From assembly GCA_002269645.1 (NCBI GenBank), contig NIVC01000099.1, positions 826,853 to 890,852 on the forward strand: DNA of 64,000 nucleotides, in the 5' to 3' direction. This DNA is from Macrostomum lignano. Taxonomy: Eukaryota. Position 1 is the first letter of the stretch. The number at the start of each line of letters is the position of its first letter. A program made the position numbers and the translations under genes. Positions 14,792-27,483 of this stretch are shown here, piece after piece. Under the pieces are notes generated by a model. That model did no database searches, had not been told where the DNA came from, and saw only the letters and a list, made by a program, of their open reading frames with translations.

Positions 14792-16738
14792 ATTTTTGTA
14801 GTATTTTAAGGCACCAAAAACCAAAGGCCTCAAGTGCTAAAATTCTAGCCATAGTGTAAACTATACTACATGGTATCCTAGAACAAAAAAGGCTCATCAA
14901 TTATATATCAATATGGCAAGAAAAAATATATATTAATATACCAAGAAAAGGGTTTGATTTCTTTCCGAAAATACAACCTAGATCATACTAAAATGTTAGA
15001 AAATTTTTAATATACATAGTCAAAAGTTATGCATATCAAAGTTATATGAATTTTGGTATATATGCAATTTTCATATCCTTGACATGTCACTAGAAATATA
15101 TTATGACTAGGCTTCATAATTTTTGTTTCCATTGTCTGTTTTAATGCTATTATTTAATATGAAAAAGAGAATTACTGCTATAAATTTGTACAAAATGATT
15201 TTATTTGGATCATTAGAACAAAATATATAATGAAAAGTAATACTAATTTTGGGGCAACCCTTGTAGCTTTCTATTAGACCTATAGAAGGACCTAGAGTAT
15301 ACTATTAGCATATAACTTGACATACAGAGGCCTGGCATGCCTTTTTGATATATAGCTGGCATATAATGATCACCAAAATAGCAGGTAAGACCAAGTTCCA
15401 AGTTCTAACCCATAGTCTAGATCATGCTAGGTACTCGTATACACCTGAACAAGAGTGAAGAGTTACAAATGTATACCAAAAAATTTTTGTATATGCCTGC
15501 AATCTTAAAATATCACAAACTTTTGCTTTAATGCATTATTAAAAAGCTTGAAAGCTAAAAAGTTTGAAATTTTTACTAAAATAAACATTTTCAATCTTTT
15601 TTTTCAATTTAACACGAACTCTTGCATGATTCTATTAAGTGCATACCAGGTGTGCACATATATTATTTTCTTAAGAGTCATGCACACCAACTATGCACAC
15701 CTAAATTTAGGCATGCAGGGCCAATGCAAGCCCAAATTTTTGGGCATAGGCACCAAAAAAGTGCAAATAACTCTATTGGATCTAGAGTGACTCTATCTAG
15801 AGTGACTTTCTGGCACTCTAGGACCAGCAAAAATTGACTCATAGGCTTACTACATGATCCAGAGTATAGGTTCCTACCAATGTACAAAGTTAGCATACAA
15901 AAAAATAAGTTAAAGTTTAGTGTAATCTCTATATGCTAATAAGTATAGTTAGGATTAGATAAGCTAAATTTTGATCAAAAAGAATATCCCCTAAAATAAA
16001 TAAAAAATTAAATATTATTATGTTTCACTTCTCTGGTATCTAGTCAATCTGGCAACAAGACAATCTGGCAATAGACAATCTAGCAATGGTCAAAATGGTG
16101 CAATAAATCAGGCAACAATTTGTAATAAATTGGCTATTGTTATTTAAGCAGATTAAAGAGAGCTTTGATTGTTATAATTATTATTATTATTATTATTGTT
16201 ATAAACTATTTTTTATTAGAATGTATGCAAAAATAGTTTTGGGAATTAGAATTTAGCAGGTTCAAAATGCACAGATTTTGATCAACTATCAATAGTTTAT
16301 TTTCTTATAATGGTGATACATGCATTTTATTGCTTTAAAAATAGGAAACTGCATTAAATCAATACATTCTTTTTTATTTTCACTAAAGGCCACATACTAG
16401 TTTTCATCTATAGATACATTATTACATTAAAATGCATTTAATATGATATCCTAAACTGTCAAAAATACAGACATAATGTAAAATTTCTTATTAGAAAAGT
16501 GAAAACATACTGGTTGTCTTAGGCTAAAGTGAATTCTATACATGTAAAATCAAAAACTACAGTTCATGTAAAGTTTTATTCATATTGTATCTACATATAA
16601 AATTGTATCTAAAATCTGTAAAATCTATAATACAAAATCTGTTGCTGGGTTGTCTATTGCTAAATCATCTCGTTGCCAGAGTGTCTAGAAGCCCAGTTCT
16701 TTAAGAAGTAAGACTAGAATAAAACAAAAATATTAAAA

Positions 16739-17289
16739 GGCAGTGCTTATCCCCACGGTACCGTAGGAATAATTTCTGTCTTATTCCAATGGTACCATGC
16801 GAATAATTTTCTGCTTATCCGCACGGCACACTGACGAGATAGCTGCCCTATCTTCTACATATGCCGTGTTGTGGGAAGTTTAGTACATACGATTTGAGTG
16901 CAGTATAACAACATAACTTGGCTTGAACATTTGTTCTAAAGAAATAAAGATTTTTTCTATGAGAAAGATTTTTTTTGTGTAGTAAAAAATGATTTAAATT
17001 AAATTAACTCTAAGAATTGTTTATTATTTAAATTTTTAGCAAAGTCTAATCTGATCTCGCCGTGATTTATATAGTCCATTGCCGCTTCCGTAGAATTTTA
17101 CTACTCATGTGAATTCGCATGATTCATATTCATATTATGGATAAGCAGAAAATTATTTGCACGGCATATGTAGAAGATAGGGCAGCTATCTCGTCAGTGT
17201 GCTGTGCGGATAAGCAGAAAATTATTCGCACAGTACCGTTGGAATAAGACAGAAATTATTCCTACGGTACCGTGGGGATAAGCACTGCC
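16739..17289. mobile_element. 551-bp MITE, 130-bp TIRs, 9-bp TSD (Mutator/MULE-like)
   Basis: TIRs 16739-16868 and 17160-17289 (GGCAGTGCTTATCCCCACGG...), 4 mismatches; ATATTAAAA at 16730-16738 and 17290-17298; no ORF. Confidence 0.9.
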
Positions 17290-20200
17290 ATATTAAAATA
17301 CATTAATGTTCTGGCACATATTTTGCCTAGCCTACTTTGTTAGATAGTAATATCCCCCCTATACATTATACAAAAAATTGCTGGCATACTCCAATGCATA
17401 AAAAATAGTCTATACCTTGGAACCTTGCTATGCAGAATATTAAGTAGATGATAGGCCTAGCTAGCAATTGTAACTTTTTGAAGAAGTAACAAAACTAATT
17501 TTACTATATAGAAAAACTTGATATTTTTTGTGATGTTAATTTTTAAAAAAGTTTTCTAGATTTTGATCATGCATTTTTGCTTTTTGCAATTTAAATAGAA
17601 AATTAATAATATAGCATCTGTCTTTTGTTATAGGCCTACAATGAATTTGTCATTAAAAAAATGTAGTTTTAAAGCCCAATAGTTCTATACAGAATGGACA
17701 GTTCCATGAGAAGTTTTTTTACTGATATGCTGATAGGCAAGATTTTTCGTGTTGGGTACAATATGAGTATTACCATATCATGAAGTTCATAGAAGCCCTC
17801 CCCAAGACTGGTAACTGTAGAATAAATCATTAAATGTACGGTATGAAGATAGGCTTACAAAAAAGTTCCCAAAATTACATGCTTTCATGGGGGACAGGCC
17901 TCCTGGCTGCGCCAGCGCCAAAGTAAATCGTTTGCCACTGTCACAGTCAAAGGAAGAAAGAAAGCAACAATTGAATTCAATGAAATTGTATGAGGTATGA
18001 CCACCTAATTCTACTTTGTAATATACTCAAAAGTTTTCTTTATAAAAGTGAACTATGATTTACGTTTTTACGTAAAATATAGTAATATTTATATTATTAA
18101 CATAAATTCGATCTTGTCCGTAAATAAGTTTAATAAAAGACCCTTATTTGTATAACTGCAACAATTTATTTTGATTAAACTTTGCTTCTTCCGTAAATGG
18201 AAAGCGCCACGATCTTGGTTGTTTCTGTTAAAGCTTCTGGGCCTTTGGATCGGATTATAATTAGTAATATAATACTAATGTCTTAATGTCTTAATGTTTT
18301 AAAGACTTCAGACTATACTATAGCCTACTAAACTACATGTTCGACGTTCCTAACAGTGCATGTATACACATAGTACCGGGCAGGGGCCTGGTCAGGCCAG
18401 GGCCCAAGAAAATGTAAAAGTACGCCTATGCATATGTGTACATATATTTGACAAATACGAAGTACATGTGTGAATATGCGCACACAATGCACGTACTGTT
18501 CACCAAGGACGATTTAAAAGTAAAGTAGGCAATTGTTTTTAGTCTCCCCTTGACTAAGTGCAATGTTGGTCTACACAGTTTCTATGCATGAAGTATTCAA
18601 ACTTTTGTTTATTACAGAAAATGTGGGCAGATCGAGCTAGTACTGTAGCTCAACAGAGTAATTACCCATTTGATCGACTCTACGTATACCCGGCCCCAGC
18701 TCGCGGAGCGAGATTTTTTGTCTTGTGCACGTGTGAAATGTGACCCATTACCGTAGGGCCAATCCCCAAAAACAATTGACACAAATCAGAGTGCCGTACA
18801 TGTACATGTAAACGACGAAACGTACATGACGTGAGTATGTAAGTACATATACAATTGTACCGTATGTCTGCAATCTGCATGTGTCTGCATGGTATAGTGT
18901 CCGCAAGCTTGTACATGTATATTGTGTTACACGTACATGTAACGCATGTGGCAATTAGGACAGGAGTCAGCGGAATTGACAGATTGCCTCACATGTACCG
19001 CTGAGGTGGTATGGCCGGACGTCGATGTCACCGAAGTCGTACAACTAATGTATAGCTACATGTATGGCCGGTGGCTCACAATACTCCCTGTGGTTATATT
19101 AATTTTTGTTACTGTGTGGGCGCGGCTCATATGCATGATGCAGTATGTGTCGATCCCATATTTCACTGGACTGCACATGTGCTGTGCATGCAACTGTATA
19201 GGGATTTCATGCATTTACCTTGAATTGCAGTGTGTACTACTACTAAAGTACATGTACATGTAAATCAATTTACATGCAGAATTTGCGATATTTACATTGA
19301 ATGTGTAACGAGACGCAAATGCTTAAATAATTTTTTACAACGGCATGATATGATTCAGTATGTAGCCACAGCACTTGTAGAGGCCGGAGCAAGCTAAATT
19401 TTAGCGGTTAAAACAATAGTTTTTTGCTAACACCATCAAACGCTGCGCAATGCAATGCGCCCCTGGTGCTGACGCCCCTGGTGTTTGTTCATTGTTCATC
19501 TTGCAAGTTTCCTGTGGGCTGTGAGTCTTCTGCCTGCAGTTCCCGGCACAGCACAGCATGGCAGATGCGCGCACTTGCCCAGGAACGCAGCTGGCCGATT
19601 CTCCTAAATGTCAAATGCACAAAAAATGTTGAGCTGAAAAATCCGATTGCGGATTGCGACTGAGGCTTGAGAGCCTGTCGTGTCATTTTTACAGAGGCCA
19701 TCCATCAGACGGGCGAGCCGCACAGAGCTGCAGCTAGCTCTCATGCCTTCATAGTTATTAATAGCCATAATTTTATTCGCAGCAGTTTTTTAACGCGAAC
19801 TTCAAAATTGCGAAAGATATGAAATAAGCAACGCAGCGGCATTAGCGGCGGCCTCCAAAGAGGCCAAATTCTCACGCGCGAACCCAGAAGGCCCTAAAGG
19901 CCCCAGAAACAATTCTGTATCGCACGGTAGCTGTGTAAATCAAGAACTTGCAGCTCCCAGACGACGGAAAAATCTGTGGAATGGGAAACGAGTAGGATTG
20001 GCTGGCTGGGGGGAAGTGGAGGGGGACGCTGCTGCAACACTGCACAATCCACATTAGGAAATAAGTAAGTAGTCAGTGAAGCTTATTTAGTCCTGTTTAC
20101 TGGGCGAGTGGCAAACCACCAAAAAGCTAAATCTTTATACCCGAAAGGCCAGACAGACCGCCCCACCTTTAACAAACGGCCCAGCCAGCCCCACCACCCA

Positions 20201-22796
20201 AACTTTAACGCCACCTCTGACCCCTCCCCGCGCCGCTCCGCCGTTCCCTGTGATCTTGCCGCCCCCGGGCCCAGCCGATTGGGCGCTTCGCCAGAGCGAT
20301 CGAGCGAGGGGAGGCGGCGGGGACGGCGGGTCCTGCAAGGTGGTTGGCCCAGCCGAGACCATAAAAACTCAAAACTTGGACGGGGCGCAGGGCCGGACCC
20401 CCTCTCCGCCAGACCACTGCGCGCGCACCAGTTTAGATTAATATATATAATACATATTGTATACAACACGCGTGTATTCGAGTGGAGAGGCGCCTCCTCC
20501 TCCCCCCTCCGTCAAGCAGCGCATTTTGCCTTTTTATGACGCCGCCAAACGGAGAGAGAGAGGCGGAGTTGGAGAGAAGAAAGAGCAGCCGACAAGCAGT
20601 TCAAAGTTAAACGCTATTATATTATTCAATTCAACACAGCCCGCGGGCCGCAAGGCATGGCGGGAGTCAAGTAGGCGGTGAGAGCGAGCGCCACTGCCCG
20701 TCTGTCTGATTTCTGCTTGACTACTCCCTAGAGGTGTCGCAAACTCAAGAAAATTTCCGGAATTTCCTGTAACGATTTCGCTCCAGCTCAGCTACATTTT
20801 TTGGTGAGTCTGCGCTAATTTTCAATTATTGCTGTGCTCAAATTTAATGTATTATAAACGCCAAAGCCCAAGCAAAGTCAGGCAGTCAGTCAGAAGCTCC
20901 AGCCTAGGCGTGCCTTCGCATGTTTTTAATTTAATTTCACTTTCTACAATGTTGCAACATCTAAAGTTACTCGCAATAATAATCAATAACGAGACGAATT
21001 TGACCAAAAATGAGTCAATAATAACCTTGTTGGCCAATATCTGGACCTTGTAGACGAGAATGCGGCAAATTTTATGACAAAAATTCGTGCCGCTCTCCGC
21101 TCTGGCCATACCTTGATATGAGTAGGTCGAGGGAATAGGACTAGACACCTGGTGGTGGTATTCTTGTTTGATGCCATTTCCGCGTTGAGCAGTGGGTGAG
21201 CACTCGGCTCAACTCGAATCCCAAAAACAAATCCTTTCCTTCCCTTATGCAGCCAAGCCCCGAGCAGTTGCAGCTGAGCAGCCGGCTGAGCTGAGCAGAT
21301 TCGAACTAGCAGCTACTCAAGAATCCCGCAGTGGATGCCAAAGGGGAAGAGACAGGCCCGACAGCCCGGCCTGGGGAGGGCATGGAAGTAGAAAGGGACT
21401 TCGATCAGGATCGCTGACATGTCGGCTTGATTGATGACTGCTCATTGAGTGGGGGGAGCATGGCTGAGCAGGGCGGCTGTTCTCTGATGGGAAATAATGT
21501 GATTAGGCTCCACCCACCCCTGAGCCCCTTCTGCCCCTGCCCCCCGCGTTAAACAATTCTGAAATTTGATGAATGAAGATGACAGCGGGCCCTGGGTCTT
21601 GAGCATAAGGGAGCCTGACAAGTGACGGAATGCCGAGGGCCTCCGCCCCGTCCCCCCTGTCACCACGCATTTATCATGACTTCCATCCCAAGGGCTCTCC
21701 AGTGCGCGGCTTGAGGGGCCGAGCGAGAACTGCCTCGGCCCGAGATGTCGGGGCTGCTGGGGGCAGGCCGAGGTTCCCCAATTACTGCCGCCCCCGAACA
21801 CCCGCGGGCTGCCAGGCCGGCTGCGGCAGCGCCTGGCTTTTTATCCTGCTCTGCCGCTCGCGCAGACTCCAGCAGGGCTTGTTGGCCGCCCTTCTCCCTT
21901 CCTTTCCTTATTCACCCTGGCTTGCATGCCGCCCTGCCTGTCCATCTGTCTCTCCATCCTGTCTAGCTCGGGCTATGGCCTCTTGTAATAGCTTTCATAG
22001 CTTTGAGCTTGCTGGCGAATCCAGGGAAGATTAGCTGGAGGACTATTACTTATTATATTGGACTGTATTCAATATTGAGCTGGAAATAAAATAGGTGTCA
22101 GCTCTGTCTAGACTCACACACTGACGCAGTGACCAAACAAACAAATTTTCGAGCCATGGAAACTAGCCATTGAGACTGGTCATCTTAGACAATCAGATAA
22201 CAATGAGAGGGAGAGGAGAGACAGGGAGACGAGACGAGAGATGGGAGAGGAGAGACAGGGAGACGAGAGACAGGGAGACGAGATTGGGAGAGGAGAGATG
22301 GGATAGGCGAGATGGGAGATGGCCAGATGGGAGTCAGAGGTGAGGGGATATCGGGTTGTTGGTAGCTGAAGGATTCAGACAGAGAGTCGGATTGACAGCC
22401 AGAATCCGCAGAAGCAAGGCTGGGCAGGAGTCTTTCTAGCTCAGTTCGGCGACACATGCTGAGAAAATGATCAGGGCAGGCAGGCAGTACACACAGCGGG
22501 GCCTCAGTTAAGTTCATTGAGGGTGAGTAGCCAGAGAGTGCAAGGAAAACTGGAAAAGATGGGCTGGCAGGCTGGCCCGGCCTGGGCAGAAACTCTACTA
22601 GCCTGATGCACCCGGATGATTGACAGTTCACTGATGAGCCGCGCCGGCCAGCATTCATTCAGGGGGATTTCTTCTGCGGATCACAGTGCTCATGCTTGCA
22701 TTCCAGCCTCTCCTTCATCTCCCGAACTCGTGTCCTGCTAAAGAAAATTTGCTGGTTTCTGCTTACCCGTGTTGAATCTTATATTGTTATTGAATC

Positions 22797-23035
22797 ACTG
22801 CGGGGATAGCAGCTGAGGGACTGGGGCAGCAGCTGAGGGACTGGGGCAGCAGCTGAGGGACTGGGGCAGCAGCTGAGGGACTGGGGCAGCAGCTGAGGGA
22901 CTGGGGCAGCAGCTGAGAGACTGGGGCAGCAGCTGAGGGATTGGGGCAACAGCTGAGGGACTGGGGCAACAGCTGAGGGATTAGGGTAGCAGCTGAGGGA
23001 CTGGGGCAGCAGCTGAGGGACCGGGGCAGTAGCTG
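22797..23035. repeat. Minisatellite, 20-bp unit GCAGCAGCTGAGGGACTGGG, about 11 copies
   Basis: Periodicity. Confidence 0.93.
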
Positions 23036-23739
23036 GGAGTCAGCTCAGGCAGTAGCAAGAGCAACAAGAAAGACGTCATGTATTTGCACATGAGTAGCAT
23101 ATACTAAGAATTTAATCATCAGTTATGGGGCTTTCCGATTTCACCACTTCACAACCCAAGTCAGCTAGCAGTCTCAGCAGTCCACAGCGTTGAACTCTCA
23201 CTTTCTGGGGTCTGCAATTTGCTCTGGGAGTAAAAAACCCAAAAGGTGAAGCAGAGGCCGGAGCTGCGCGATTGCGGGCCCAACCGGCGAAGAGTGACAG
23301 CTCAGACCTCGGAGGAGTTGACGGACAGCTGCTTATAATTTGGTTGTCCACTTGAGCAATTGTACTCACACACTGCCCCACCAACACGCGCGGCCCCTCC
23401 CCGCCCCGTAACCTCATTTGCGAAAGCCCGGGAGCAACCTGCTCAGCGGAGGCCAGGGAGGGCTGGCGGCGAGCGGCCCTCCACACAATATTCGTGTTGC
23501 GGCCGCGTCCGTGTTACTCAAGAGACCTCATCAAGACCGTCAGTTATGCCCCCCGGAGCGCCAGAAACTGCGGAGCCACTCCGCAACTGTCTCTCACTGC
23601 GTGTCTGTCCGTTTTTTACTTTTAAGTCTCGTGTTTTTCAAGCCCTCCACCCCAGCCGTGGCGAATGCGACTCGGGTGATCAGTCAGCTCTGGTCTGTTG
23701 CACTTGAGCTCACTGTCTTGATCTCTTGGGATTTTGAAA

Positions 23740-24075
23740 TGGGGATATCAATGGGACTTTCCAGGTGATTGGGGATCTTAACGGGATTTTCCAGGTGATT
23801 GAGGATCTTAACGGGACTTTCCAGATGATGATTTGGGATCTTAACGGGACTTTCCAGGTGATTGGGGATCTTAATGGGACTTTCCCGGTGATTGGGGATC
23901 TCCTAATGGGACTTTCCAGGTGATTTGGGGATCTTAATGGGACTTTCCAGGTGATTGAGGATCTTAATGGGACTTTTCGAGTTATTGGGGATCTTAACAG
24001 AGCTTTCCATATGATGATTGGGGATCTTAATGGGACTTTCCAGGCGATTAGGGATCTTAATAATGGGGGATGGGA
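23740..24075. repeat. Minisatellite, about 30-bp unit GGGATCTTAA(C/T)GGGACTTTCCAGGTGATT
   Basis: About 10 imperfect copies. Confidence 0.9.
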
Positions 24076-25066
24076 TCTTAATGTGGAATTTCAGGTGGAT
24101 AACTGGGACCACATGGATCATAACAATGGGGATCAAGGAGTTCTGATTCACTAAGTGTACATACACATTGTTCGAACACTTCCGTGCAAATCAGTCAGCC
24201 TAGTCTTTGCTGGACAAGATCGAGCTCTCATCGCATTATCCGAAAAACGTATCCTCGCATAACTCTTATCTGTCTGAGTTGTGAGCGGCCTTTGCAGACT
24301 ATTAAAGCACTAAGCGCTGACAGTTTTAAGGGCCCCAGCCCGGCTTTAATAATAAAATTGTTTATGGTCCAAACCGAGGCGCTTCGTGCAGCTCTGACCC
24401 TCTCGGCCCGAAGGCTGTAAAAGTAAGGCTGCTGGAGGCTTCAAATTCGAACTGGCTGGGCTGCGGCAACAACACAGGAAAAGCTTGACAGAAGCACCCG
24501 GGGCCCCCGCCCGCCTGCAGCTTTGATTTACAACCGCAGAGCCAGAAGGCCCGCCAGCCACACGGGCGGGCAGGCAGGCAGTCTAGTACAGCCAGACCCG
24601 ACCCCGACAACAACAGGGCCAAGCCGCAAAAAATGCCCCTCCCTATGTGCGTAGGTGCGCGGCTCTCATAGCTCGAATGAGTCAAATGAAATGAATAGAG
24701 CTAAACTGAGAACAGCTCATTCGTGAGTGATAAGGCACCCAAATATGCAGCTGGTCTGAGCTCGAGTTCCTCTCACCTCTCACATCTTACCCGAATGATC
24801 AACACTGTAGTATAGACTTCCATTAGAGCGTTATACCTCAATTATCTACCCAATGAAAGACTTGCCATTCTTTGCCTAATCTCCCATCTCCCACCTGATC
24901 TTCCATCTCCCACCTGATCTCCCATCTCCTACCTGATCTCTAATCTCCCACCTGATCTCCAATCTCCCCAGTGCATAAACTGTTAATCCCTCATCCAAAG
25001 CGGACCAGGCCTGAGATTCATCTATGAGTTCATCTATCCATATTTTCACTCGGAAATTTCAGTCGG

Positions 25067-26321
25067 ATGCAATCGCAGCAGCGGCAGCCCAGCCCAGACA
25101 TGGCAGACTCCATCGAGACTGTCAGCGCATCAACCACCGCTTTAGTAGCATCAGCCACTTCAACTCCCGGTATCGCCTCGGCGCCATCAGCATCCGCGAT
25201 GTCGAGCTCTGCCACCGCCGCTATGGTGCCGCCGAAGAAGCGGGCGATCAGCAGCGAAGACCACCGGCGGGACTCCGCAGGCCCGGACCCGCTCGACCTG
25301 TCCGGCCGCGGAGGCGGCGATCCGGCGGCGGCAGCGGGTGGCGCCAGCCCGGCCGCAGCGGGCAGCCAGCAGCGGGACCTTCTGCGAGACCACTACCTCC
25401 AGCTGCAGTACCTTCGACAGGTGGGCGGCTTCGGTCTCGTTGATGCGCAGCAGCAGCAGCAGCAGCAGCTTCTTCTGCTGCATCACCTGCAGCAGCAGCA
25501 ACAACAGCAGCAGGCCTCGATGTACGCGCACTACCTGTACTGCTCATCGCTTGCCGGCAACGCGCCACTGATGATGCCGCCATTCTTCGGCCTGCAGATC
25601 CAGCCGCCAACCTCCTTGGCCTTCCCTCACTTTGCGCAGCCGCAACTTCCGCCGCCGCCTCCGCCGCCGGCCCTTCAGCAGCCGCCGCAGCTTTCGGCGC
25701 CTCCTACAACCGCGCCGTCTCGACTACCCGCCGCGCCGACAGCGAAGCGGCAGCAGCTCCCTCAGCAAGTTGCTGCCTCGCCAGCTGGCGGCCTCGCCAC
25801 CCCCAAGACTTCGCCGTCGACGACCGCCTCCGCCGCAGCCTCAGCGGCAGTCGCAGCCGCCGCCGCCGCCGCCGCCGCCACCGCCACCGGCCGAGAAACG
25901 GACTTTGTCTGCTCGTGCGAGCGCTCCTTCCCCAGCCTGATCAACCTGACGGTGCATCTGACCGAGACCGGGCACTCGCCAGCCGCGGGCATCAAGGAGA
26001 AGGACCTGCCCAAGCTGGTGCGCGGCCAGGACATGTGGATCAACTCGGAGACCGAGCAGACCAGGGAGATCCTGCGCTGCATCCGCTGCCGCCAGAGCTT
26101 TCGCACCCTGCCTGAGCTCACCCTCCACATGATGCACAGCGGCCACTATGCGGAGATCATCTACAGCGAGCAGCAGCAGCAGCAGCCGCCGCAGGCGCAG
26201 CAAACTCCGCCATCCCAGCCCCCCAAGAAGTCGTCCCCGCTAGCCCTGCCGTCGCCGCAGCCGCAGCAGAAGCGGCGCCGTCAGGCAACAGCGGAGGTGA
26301 CAGAGGCCGATTCGGCATCAG

Positions 26322-26352
<31 letters not shown>

Positions 26353-27301
26353 CACGCTGGAGAAGATGAGGCAGTTCGTAGAAGACAACCTCCGGATGGG
26401 GGCAGCTCAGCAGCCGCAGCCGCAAGCTTCGCCAACGCAGCAGTTTCAGCAGCCGCCGAGCCGCTGCGACTACCTGAGCCCGGACTGCGCCGCCAGCCCG
26501 CCGCCGGCCTCTCCCGCCGCCGCTACAGTCAACGGCCACGGCGCCGACTCGGCGTCGCTAGCGGCTTCGGCATCCTCAGCTGGGGTGGCGCTGGCCGACC
26601 CGCTGAGCTCCCTGCAGCGGCTGGTGGACACGGCGGAGAGGGCCGTGCCGACCGTCGCCAGTCCGGCTGCCCGGCCGGCGTCCGCTCCGGATACTCAGCA
26701 GCAGCAGCAGCAGGCCGCGGTGCACGGAGGCCTCCTGCTCAGTCCGCTGTACCACCCGCTGTGCCAGCCGGCCTCATCAGCTGCCAGCAGGTCGTCCTCA
26801 GCCTCTTCAACTCCGGCAGCGGCAGCGGCGGCAACGGTGGCTTCGGCGGGCAGCCAGAAGCCGAAGCGAAAAACCTCGGGCCCGTCGGGGGGCAAGTCGG
26901 CCGAGAAGCTGCGCACTCTGCAAACGAACTCGGCGACTGCGGCTGCGGCTGCGGCTGCGGCAGCAGCAGCGGCGGGCGGGCTCCAGAAGCGGGCCAGGTG
27001 CCAGTACTGCGGCAAGCCGTTCGCCAACAAAGGCCAGGTGCGGCTGCACATCAGCAAGGGCAAATGCCCCCGCCTGATGGCCTCCTTCCCCGCCACCTGC
27101 ATGCCTCCGCTGGTGCACCCGGAGCTCTGCGGCGCCGCGGCCGCAGCAGCAGCCGCCGCGGCAGCCTCAGCCGGCGCCGCAGATTCCTCGCCGCTGGACT
27201 GCCTGCGGGCCGTAGCGGCGGCGGCGGCAGCTGCTGCAGCGGCTTCGGCGCCTTCTGGAACCTCGCCAGCTGCTGCCACCGGGCCCACTGATGCGCGATG
27301 A
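25067..27301 (+). CDS. tsh: Teashirt/tiptop-family zinc-finger transcription factor
   Basis: 744-aa ORF with a CtBP-binding PLDLS motif, ZF1 CSCERSFPSLINLTVHLTETGH, the tsh-typical KLVRGQDMW..EQTREILRC linker into ZF2 CIRCRQSFRTLPELTLHMMHSGHY, and ZF3 CQYCGKPFANKGQVRLHISKGKC; polyQ/polyA tracts. Acceptor TTTCAG at 25057-25062; the start could be 25067 or the next ATG (MADS). Confidence 0.88.
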
Positions 27302-27483
27302 CCGCCTCCTGGCTGGTGCACAATATGCACTTCAGGGTCAGTTCAGGTCTGTGTAACTATTCCAATTAGCACCTGCATGTACACTCGAGACTGGCAGTCA
27401 GCCAATATTCAATATGCAGTGCCTCGCGTACTTTCTGCTCTGTCACACTCCTGGAGATGTCGCGCCCCATGAAATCTGCTGTA

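Noticed and set aside
19700-25060. TCF/LEF and Pbx-Hox sites upstream of tsh (e.g. TTCAAAG about 20600, TGATTGAT about 21429)
   Set aside because: Short motifs at about chance frequency.
25187-27330. Antisense and alternative-frame ORFs over tsh (also over ABCF3 and the giant gene)
   Set aside because: Expected shadows of GC-rich coding sequence.
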